Shown: positions 53,595 to 64,000 of the stretch, one piece after another
Layout of the letters: each line of letters opens with the position of its first letter
Numbering within the stretch: the first letter of the stretch is position 1
NCBI RefSeq assembly: GCF_009914755.1
Contig: NC_060926.1
Reading direction: 5' to 3' (one strand)
Source of the DNA: the human T2T-CHM13v2.0 reference genome, Homo sapiens
DNA: 64,000 nt
Notes under the pieces: model-generated
The model's input: the letters and a program-made list of their open reading frames with translations, nothing else
Databases searched by the model: none
What the model was told of the DNA's origin: nothing
Translations under genes and position numbers: made by a program

Positions 53595-55218
53595 AACCAC
53601 TTAAAAAAAAAGAGAGAGAGAGAGAGAGAACTAAAAAAACACCAACACATTAACAGTGGTCTGCTTTGTGATTGGTTTTTCTGCTTATTCATTCTTCGGT
53701 GGACTTTCTAGTGCTTTATAAGATGTATGCTGTGCTTTTACAATGAGAGAAAAATATCTTTGTCTTGGCTATCTTTTTCTTTTTAAGATCTAGCCTTCTC
53801 AAGGACAGAGGCCGATTGATCTTTATGTTTGGGCAACAGATATTTTAAGAAACAAATTCAACCTTCCAAGCCAACATGGGTTTGCATTTCCAGACGTGAT
53901 CTCTAATCATAGCAGTACCTCTAAAAGTTTGGTATTATTATGCCAAATTTATAGGTGTTGAAGTGGACTATAAATTGGAAGAGACCCCAAGCGGTTGAGT
54001 AACCTGATCTGAGATCCCACACCTAATACGCATGGAGCCTCACAACTGAACCCAGGTTTGTTTGGCCTCTGCCTTTTCCAGCACACTCCATGCCTCCCTC
54101 TCTCCAGATCACCCACACCTGCTTGTTTCCCAGTCTCCTGGGGTTTGGGTTCCATCGAGTTACCCTCCTGGAAATAAGCTGGGCAGAGAGTGCCTTGTGA
54201 TACAAATTCTTCTCCCATGGTGATGGCTTCTGTTTCTGATTCACTTTGTAGACCAGAGGGGCCAACTAATGCTGCTCTTTAACCTCACATTCTGCTTAGC
54301 GGCATTGCTGGTGCTGCTCTGCATCCAGCCTGGAGCCAGGAGCTAAGGAGCCTGAGGCAAATGACCAGTCCTTATTCTTGAGAGGTCCCACCCCATGCAG
54401 ACCAGCAAGCACAGCTCCATTTCCCAACTCCAGCCCTGCCTCTGCTCCCAAGACGGGACCACAGGCAGGCACATGGTCACATTTCATCTCTGGTGACCTC
54501 TACACCATACTTAGATATGTCCACCAGAAGCCCGAGTCTCCTTGGTGTCTTCACAACAGGGGAATGGCTAGTTGTGTGAGCAGGGCTCAGATAGCCCTGA
54601 GAGGCCCTATGCAGAGGTTGAGAGGGGGTGCACCACTCCCCAACTCACCATCACTCTATGCCTGTGTTTATAACAGATTTTAAACAATTCTTATGCTGTT
54701 GACAGCCCCCATAGAAAGGCAGCTGCACGGCCCCTCCTTCCTGAGCTGACATCCCTGTTTAAAGAGGGACATCCGGGTTTTTCTTTTTCCTCTCTCTCCT
54801 TTAAAGTGAGGTTTGAAAACAGCATAGAGCTCTCCCAGCCCAGGGCCAAAGCAGGCCTTTTATCATGAGGGGCCCTGCAAGAACCATTTGGAGCGCCCAC
54901 TTCCTATCCAGGGAGGAAGTGGCGAGGGCTTGACCTCGGACGTACTCTCATTTCCAATCATTTTCCAGCCTGGAATGCGGTGATTCAGTTTCCATTTATA
55001 AAGTGAAATTAGCGCCTGTTGAATGCTCTGCATGAGGGAGGGGGTAGGAAGGAGGAAACGAGAACCCCTCCCAAACAATTCTCCCCTGTTTAGCTTGGAG
55101 CTGGCCCTGCATGGAAGGATTTCCTCATGCTCAAGGTGTTAGCATCCTCTGTCAGGAAGGCTCTGCTTCATTTTCTCCTGCAGGTTAAATTTTTTTTAAA
55201 AAAACATGCTGGAGCTGC

Positions 55219-55232
55219 CACGTGACTCAGCA
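55219..55232. promoter_or_regulatory. Overlapping E-box and ARE/MARE motif
   Basis: CACGTG 55219-55224 overlaps TGACTCAGCA 55223-55232. Confidence 0.45.
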
Positions 55233-56399
55233 GAGATTTGGCTATAATTGAATCTCATGTTTCTACTGCACTTTATGCTTTTCAAAGAACTGTCATACAT
55301 ATTATCTCAGTAGAGTCTCCAAACACCTCTGGGAGGGAGTGGGCAAGGCATCATTGTCCTCATTTAACTTTCTTTGAAGAAAAGCATGTTAATTCTGAGA
55401 GCTTCTGTGAAATGGTGCTTTTTTGTGGTCAGGGAGACAACGGCAGGTTCAAGAGACACAGCCTAAATGAGGAATCAGGAGACGGGGGCTTTGGTCCTCA
55501 TTGGGCCTCCGTCCTCTGTGTGACTCTCTGGGCTTTGGTTGACTCACCTGTGGCCCCAGGTAGTGAGAGAGTCACTGGGAACATGCGCAGCACGTGTGTC
55601 AGGAGATAGGATGAACGGCTTATGGATAATTGGTTCTAGAGCAGCAGCTCCCTGGAGCCCTGGAGGAGTCCGTAGAGAGCTGAGGACCCACGCTTCCCCA
55701 AGGCTCAGTGACCGAGGGACTGAGAGCTAAATGTACCCCCAGATAAAGTCAGGGTCTTTGAGGGAAGGCCAAGAGGAAGCAGAGCTCTGAAATGGGCCGG
55801 GAGAAGTCCTTGCCCTGCCCTCAAGGCTGTGTCCCCTGAAGGGTGACACAGTGACATGTGGAAGGGCTCTGGGGAGCAGGTGAGGTGACCAGGTGCTGAG
55901 CAAGTGGCTCCCACAGTCAGAGAACAAAGAGACCACCAAGGAGGGCCATCAGCAAGCCCATCTGAGGGGATGGTCAATGAAAGAGAGAGAGGGTTTGGAA
56001 AGGGAGGTCTCCAGGTCCCACCAAGTCCCATGGTGTGAAGTAACGTTCCTGGGGCTGAGCAGCTGGCAGGTGGTGGATTCGGGATTCAGAGAGTTTTTGC
56101 CCATCCTCAAGGCCTCCTGTCTGGGCTCTTTCTTCAAATCCTCCAGGGTAAGAATGGCTGATGAGTGTTCTCACACACGTATTCATTCCTGGAGAAGAGG
56201 AGACTGGAGTGTCACTGTGGGTCTTCTCTTAGCCTCTTACATTGCACCACTAATCCCATCTTCAGAAGGGCCATCCCTGCAGGAGCTGGGGATGTAGGCA
56301 CCAGGTGTGTTAGTCAGGGTCTTCCAGATAAATAGAAACAATAGGTACATAGGCATCTATTTAGATGAGAACCTGTACATATTTTCATCCAATTCCTAA

Positions 56400-56739
<340 letters not shown>

Positions 56740-57286
56740 TCCAGGCACTTCTAAACCACCTTCTTTGGTCTCCCTCCCATCTATTCCATTCTAGGTTCTT
56801 GAGTTTGAACTGATGGTTAGTTTGTTCCTCATGCAAGACCAATCCTGCTGAATTCAGAAAGAATTATTAACCAGTCACCACACACTATCAAATTTACTTC
56901 CTAAATTTCTAGAAAATACCTTCAACAAGTATTTCCTGAGGATGAGGGGATAGAGAGAAATCGGACACCAGACCATTCTGAAATGACATCAGTCCAGTTG
57001 GCAGGCAGTGTGTAAGTGACCATGGCGGAGGCTGATGGGTACTGGGGGACAAGGCTATGCCTCTGCAGGGCAGGGGTCAGAGAGGTGCCGTCAAGGACAT
57101 GGTCTTGAGCTGTCTTGAAGCATACTCATACTCACAAGACCTCAGGTGGGTGACAGGAGAGAACAGGCATTCCAGTCAGATGTGTCAGCAAATGCAAAAC
57201 CTCAGAGGTAATGAACAGCATGGAAAATTCTAGAAATTCTCAGTAGCTCAATGTACAGTATGGCATGGAAGGAAATGATGATCATC

Positions 57287-57422
57287 CCATGTTGATCTGT
57301 GTCATTTCAAACTCATTTAATGAGTTTTCTTCTATAGGCATATTGGTGAGTAGTCACCATGATGATGTATCATTTCAAACTGATTTAATGAGTTTTCTCC
57401 TATAGACATATGGGTGAGTAGA
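57287..57422. repeat. Tandem duplication, ~68-70-bp unit x2
   Basis: tcatttcaaact.atttaatgagttttct.ctatag.catat.ggtgagtag at 57302 and 57370. Confidence 0.92.
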
Positions 57423-57573
57423 GTCCCTGCCTTCCAAAGCACTTGGAGGGTGCACAGGAGGAGAAGCATTAAGGCTGTGAGCCTCTGGGAGGCTAGTAGT
57501 TGTCTGAGTGGTAGGTGACACCTTTCAGTGGGGAGGAAGGGACTGGTGTGCAGGATGTTAAGAATGCATGGTT

Positions 57574-57937
<364 letters not shown>

Positions 57938-58899
57938 TTAGAACACCTTGTAGGTTTTTGGCCTGGGTCATTAGATGATAGTTGGAACCATCCCTCAAAG
58001 ACAGGAAACACAGGGGGAGCCACAGGTTTGGGCTGGAGAAGGGACACAGTTCTTGAATATCCATGGTCAGTGTTCAGCTTTGTCACACCTCCCACATTGC
58101 TTCTGAAACCAGAGTTCATCCTAATTGAATTCACTGGACTTTCTCCATTATATGTATGCTGTCATACCAATGTATGACACACACGCATATGACAGGACAA
58201 TTTCATATCAAGAGTGTCCACCATACATGCGCAATTTACCTACCCACGGGTCAGCTCTACAGACATTTCACAGAATGACATCCTGTATCAGTATAAGGGA
58301 CTGTCAGCTCATCTTTATCACAAAGTCACCATTGTCTCAGCATCTAATGTTCACACCCTGCACAGCCATCTGAGTGGAATTAGAGGGCAACCACAGAGTG
58401 AATTAGGTAAGACTTAAATATGTGGCCAGATTCTAAGGCTGATCAAATTTGGGGATGAGCCTTGAAGAGTGAGTTGGATTAATTAGGAAGAAAGGTTGAA
58501 AGATATGAAGATGAATTACCAGAAAGACTTTGAAATGCCTTCCTTCTCCCCTGCCCACTGTGCAGGAGCTAGGAGGTAGAGCTTAGGGGAACTGTGGCCA
58601 TCAAGACTGACAGTTTGCTAGTATGTGCCATGACATTTCCAGCAGAATGAGGAAAGGATGTCAGCATTTCTGCCTCTCCCGTGCCCTTGCCTTAGGATTC
58701 ACTTAAAATTGCAAGAACTGATCATATTTACCAATTGCTTTTGTCTCTAAACTGTAAACAGAATAGAAAACTTATCAGTTCATTAGAGAAGGCCAGAAGC
58801 GTTTTCTGAATTCATGGAAAGTTTGAAAGACAAATGTACTCCACGTTCTTCCTAAGAAACTAGAACATATTTGGTTTATATGTGATCATTTCTGCCTCG

Positions 58900-59335
58900 T
58901 GCAGAAAGATCCTGCAATCATATAGCTCCAAGCTGTTTGTGAGATTCATCCATGTGCATGTGTGGACTTCAGTATTTTCATGTTTAAAGTGTTATATTTT
59001 ACAATTTATTCATCTATATTCATATTGTTTTATATTGAACCCTCACCACCCCTAGTTTCTCCTCTGAAGGCCAGATTGCTTCAGATCTCTTACACGTATC
59101 TTGAGGTATCCATTTGTGAATTTTTTCTTTGGCTATATATAACTAAAAATGGGACTTCTGGCTCACAGAGTATACCTGTCTTCAACCATTGCCAAATTTA
59201 TTCTCTAAAATAGTTGCATGCATTTGCAGCAATATAAATGAGTCTCCTTTCTTCGTATTTTCACTAACACTTGATGTTGTCAGACTTTTTAATTCTTGCT
59301 TGATGGATGAATGTGAAATGGGCACTCTCCTGTTT
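58900..59335 (-). mobile_element. Old L1M fragment
   Basis: tttgtgagattcatccatgt...ctaacacttgatgttgtcagactttttaatt. Confidence 0.6.
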
Positions 59336-59689
59336 TTACTTAATAAACATCGTTTGATTGAGTTTCTTTTCTGTGCACCTGCCCTGTGCACACTGTACAC
59401 AGACCACATCGAAGGGGTCCTACACTGATGTGCTGAAATGAATGTTAATTACCAGCCTTTGCTGAACATTTGCTTATGCTGGACTCTCTCCTATGTCCTT
59501 TTCACAGATTATCTCACTTAATGCAACAACTTTAAAAGGGGCGAAACTATTATCATCTCCATTTTACAGATTGTTTTGGTCTTTATGTATTCATACATTC
59601 AGCAAATATTAAGTGACCATTCTGAGCCAGCCACAATTGGGTTAGAACCTCAAGCTTCCTAAGAGGGGCAGCTTGCAAGGGCGATTTGA

Positions 59690-60163
59690 TGTTTTTGCCT
59701 GCCCGGATCCATCTCCCCTTCCTAATAACAACCCAGTTTCCCACTGGGGAGTTCCATTTCCCTAAATGCATGGTCTTGGTGGAAATCCAGATAAAAACCT
59801 TCCACTTTGGACACTTGTGAGCTGGCTCTTCCCTGTCCCACCCCAGTACTGTGGGGAACATGGAATTAGGTGCTGTCTCCCAGGACTTTGAGTACGGCCC
59901 CTGAGCGAGTGGGTGAGGGTGAGTGGGAAGGGCTGCAGATTCTGGTGGGCACTGCTGGGGCGGGCAACCCAGACCAGGCTGCCTCTGCTGAGGGAGCCAT
60001 TGTGTGTCCTGCCGCCTATGTCCTGAGACTTGGAGCTCCCATGGCTCATTCCCTAGTCACTCTCCTTTATGTGAGGCTCCTGACATCCTTCTAATAAAGT
60101 CCCTATGGTTTAAGTTACCCAGAGTTGGTTTCTGTGGTCCATGACAATAACCCTAACTGATAT
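59690..60163 (+). mobile_element. Ancient MLT1/ERVL-class LTR
   Basis: ccttctaataaagtccc...ccagagttggtttctgtgg...ccctaactgatata end. Confidence 0.55.
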
Positions 60164-60390
60164 AGAAAGTTTGGATGTGGTTCTGGACCACGTGGGATCA
60201 GCAGGAATGAGGACCCAAAATGATTTTGGTGACCCTTGTTCCTGGACTTTCTTTCCTCTTGGATCTTTAAACCATCCTGGCAGGAAGTTCCTCTCTTGCC
60301 ACATTTTTCTATGGATTAGTGTCTGGGCAGGTCCAACAATTTATTAGCTTTTCATCCTCCATACATGGAACCACAGAGCTGCTTCCCTAG

Positions 60391-60714
60391 TCTATTAGTC
60401 TGTTCTCACACTGCTAATAAAGACATACCTGAGACTGAGTAATTTATAAAGGAAAAAGGTTTAAATGACTCATAGTTCCACATGGCTGAGGAGGCCTTGT
60501 CATTATGGTGGAAGGTAAATTAGAAGCAAAGTCATGTCTTATATGGTGGCAGGCAAGAGAGCTTGTGCAGAGGAACTTCCATTCACCACCAGGAAAACAG
60601 TATGGGGAAAACCGCCCCCATGATTCAGTTATCTCCACCTGGCCCGCCTTTGACATGTGGGGATTATTACAATTCAAGGTGAGATTTTGGTGGGGACACA
60701 GCCAAACCATTATC
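60391..60714 (-). mobile_element. THE1C/D-like solo LTR
   Basis: tattagtctgttctcacactgctaataaagacatacctgagactg...ggggacacagccaaaccat. Confidence 0.9.
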
Positions 60715-60812
60715 TCCTGGGTACCTGGGCCTGTGAGGGAAATCAGTCATCATAGAGAAGGAATCAAGCCCTGGTCATCATGGCTGCAGGCTTTGTTCTG
60801 ACTCAAGGTTCG

Positions 60813-61135
60813 CTTTTTTTTCTTTTCTTTTTTTCTTTTTTATTGTTATTTTTTGGAGATAGGGTCTTGCTCTTTCACCCAGGCTGGAGTACAGTAGTGT
60901 GACCTTGGCTCACTGCAGCTTCAACCCCTGGGCTCAAGCTATCCTCCCACATTAGCCTCCTGAGTAGCTGATACTACAGGTGCACACCACCACAACCAGC
61001 TAATTTTTGTATTTTTTGTAGAAATGAGATCTCGCTTTGCTGCCCAGGCTGGTCTTGAGCTCTTGGCTCAGAAGATCCTCCCTCCTCAATCTCCTGAAGT
61101 GCTGGGATTGCAGGCATCAGCCACCACGCCCGGCC
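60813..61135 (-). mobile_element. AluJ
   Basis: gagatagggtcttgctct...ctgggctcaagctatcctccc. Confidence 0.92.
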
Positions 61136-62108
61136 AAGGTCAGCTTTTCTGGGTATAAACTTCCAGTGGGAGAAAGTTTCACCCTTCCATGGACTATTGC
61201 CTATGACCTATTAAACCCAGGGACCTTTTTCAAGTGCAAATAATTTTTTTCTGGAATTCCCACGGGTGAAATAGTTTTTCCTGAGGGACTAAGATCACCC
61301 CGTAGGCCTGTATCCCGGAGGTAGTGCCTTCTTTCTAGTCTGTGTTTACTGCGCAGCCTTGTCCTCTGCCCATAACTGTCTCTCTTTACCAGCCTGATTG
61401 CGAACTCCCTGAGGGCAGGAGACAAGTTGCTTTCGTCTCTCTCCCCAGCGCCAAGCTCAGGGCCTGGCACAGAGCTTTTCAGTCAAATAAGTGAGTGCAG
61501 GTCTCTATTTGCATGACACGAAGGATAAGATTGTACCCAGAGGTGCTTTGTCCCCAGAGGGGCTTTGTCCCCATAGGAGATGGTCATTGGCAAATCTGGG
61601 CCCCTAGAATGTTTGGTGGATAGATGTTTGCTGAGTACCCCTAGATGCCAGCATTGAACTGGGTATTGGTGATACTGAATTGAAACTCATAGTCTTTCAC
61701 CTTGAGGAGCTACGGACCAAAGGGAGAGACAAATGGATACACAAACAATTTTGGTGGCGTAAGAGCTGCCATGGAGCTGTCAGGAATAGATTTTCAGAGA
61801 TCAACACTTTGTTTTACTGGTGAGGAAAATGAGGCTTAGAGGGGGCCAGGGCTTTGGCTATGCAGTGAATAGCAAGCCACAGCTCAAGTCCAGACATCTT
61901 TCCTCACAAGGCAGCAGGCTGTCCACCACTCTGTCCTCCCTGGAGCCATTCATGAGTTGATGAAGTTGTTAATTCAAATTCTTACTGAGTGCTAACATTA
62001 GCCCCACACTGTGCCCTGTGCTGGGGATGTGGGGGAGCAGGTCCACGTGGACACTGGCCTTGTCTGCAGGAGTTTACAGCCTGGTGGGCAGACAGACATG
62101 CAAGGGAA

Positions 62109-62410
62109 TTTTTTTTTTTTTTTTTTTTTTTGAGACAGGGTTTCCCTCTGTTGCCAAGGCTGGAGTGCAGTGATGCGGTCATGGTTCACTGCAGCCTTGA
62201 TCTTCTGGGCTCCAGCGATCCTCCCACCTCAGCCTCCTAGTAGTTGGGTCCACAGGTGCATTCCACCACGCCTGCTAGTTTTTAAATGTTTTTAGAAACA
62301 AGGTCTTGCTTTGTTGCCAGGGCTGGTCTTGCACTCCTAGGCTCAAGCGATCTGCCTGCCTTGGCCTCCCAAAGTGTTGGGATTACAGGCGTGAGCCACC
62401 ATGCATGGCC
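62109..62410 (-). mobile_element. AluJ
   Basis: gagacagggtttccctctg...; TSD agggaattt on both flanks. Confidence 0.92.
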
Positions 62411-64000
62411 TAGGGAATTTCTTGAATGGTGAATGCTGTTAGGATATCACGATGTTGGGGGAGGGGGGCTGCTAACAAAGCCAGAGGGCCTCTACATTCA
62501 TTCACTCATTCATTTAATTACTTCAACAAATATTTAGTGAGTCAACCACATGCCAGACGTTTTCCACCGTCCTTCCCAGCATATCAATCTCCCGCTTTTG
62601 CACACATCTTGACTGAAAGCTAGAGAAATAAAAATTTCTAGTGGCAGAGGAAATTAGCATGAACAAGAGGAATCGATTGTGACATGGAGAAATTACCAGG
62701 ACTCTGTAACGGGACTCTAATTGCTTGTCTTCAAGCCTTCTGTCGCCAGCTGAGCATCCCATCCGGGTTCCACATGATCACCCTCTTGCATTCCTGTGGT
62801 ACAGGGAACACAGGGTGGCTGCTGACAAATTTAGTGTGTTTGGGAACAACATTGAGACAACAGGGTTACAAGGGAAGTGAGCTTGGTGCCATCTGCCTGA
62901 ACCCCCACCCCCGGCTGGGCATAGGGTAGGAAGACCACCCCTTCTGTTCCCCTGAGCAACTGCTTCCTGACCAGGGACCCTGGGGACCAAAGCTCTCTGC
63001 AAAGGGCCCCTGGGAATCTTTGATGAGAGCAATGCCCAGTGCAACCATAGATCTACCCAGCTGACGACCACCCGAGGCCATGCCCTGCTGAGACAGGTGC
63101 CCCCGCAGAGGAAGCTTAGATCTGAGGGTGATCACTGTAACCCTGGAGTCAGGGCAGGTTTCCTGGAGGAAAAGGGAAATTTGCAAGATGGGCAAATGAC
63201 AGGTACAAAGAGGGGCAAGTGTCTCCCATGGGGAGGAGACCGTGTGCTGAAGCCATGGGGGTGTTCATTAAGGGAGGGGCCATCGTGGGAGCTGAGGCTG
63301 CTGGAGAGTTGTGTCCAGAGCTCCTGACCTCAGATCCTTTGCCTCCACACAGCTTCTGTTCCATGTGCCGTCCTGGATCCCGCCTCCCACAACCCAGACC
63401 TGCTGCTGTCTTCCTTTTCTCTCTCTCTGCTGCTTTCTTCCCATTCTCCCAGTCTCTGCCATAAGCTCCAGATTTATTGAAGAGTAAAACATCCTTCCCT
63501 GCCCTCCAGGTACCCACAGCTTGGCAAGGGAGACAAACAAGAGAATGGCCCAGGGCAACGCGTGATAAACTATAAAATGGGTGGGAAAATCCAGAGAAAG
63601 CAACTTGCTCTACCCTGGAGGTTCAGACTGGCTTCACAGAGAACAGGACATCTGGGCAGGAATTTGTTAGAATGAGGAGAGATGTTTCCAAGCAGAGAGA
63701 ACAAACTGCCTGGGCCAGGACAGAACCGGGAGACATTTAGAGAATGCAGGCAGTTGCTCAGTGGTTTCTTTTGAAAGGGTGAGGCCATGGCTATTCAACC
63801 AGTGATGGGAGCAACACATGGAGATAGAGGAGAGAGACAAGAAAAGGAAATCAAAGAAGAAGAAGCCAGAAAGGCATTGATCATGCACCCTGCTGGGGCC
63901 AGCCTCGGGGTTGGTATTCCCACCTGAGTTCAGCAGGTGGGGAAACCAGGGTCTCCCCCAAGCTGGGAGCAGAGCTGTGCTCTCAGGGATCTTTCCAGCC

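Noticed and set aside
58156-58180. 8-bp inverted repeat tgtcatac-caat-gtatgaca
   Set aside because: Too short for a miRNA or ncRNA hairpin; chance-level in 64 kb.

Overview
Human-lineage genomic DNA, non-coding as far as I can see. It carries an AluYa5 with all five diagnostic substitutions and an SVA_D-F-type element. I cannot name the locus without a genome search. I found no recognisable protein-coding exon, tRNA, rRNA or CRISPR array. The supplied ORFs are chance ORFs or translations of Alu/SVA/LTR/L1 sequence. Much of the window is interspersed repeat: about 18 Alu copies or fragments, one SVA, L1 3' ends, L2/MIR relics, hAT MERs and a dense set of LTRs (LTR12, MER50, MER74-like, THE1 x2, MSTB, MLT1/MLT2). 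Main leads: (1) a candidate promoter at ~36.3-36.5 kb with RFX X-box, NRF1 and ETS motifs, next to an Alu that kept its CpGs and followed by plausible spliced exons, probably a lncRNA; (2) a solo LTR12 promoter facing it from 5 kb away; (3) an SVA polyadenylated prematurely inside SINE-R, with a (CCCTCC)n head; (4) three copies of one target site from sequential L1 then Alu insertion; (5) a tandem duplication in which each unit looks like an 8-nt microexon cassette. Repeat names were assigned by eye from remembered consensus sequences, and boundaries of old elements are approximate. The sequence alone does not demonstrate a novel biological system.
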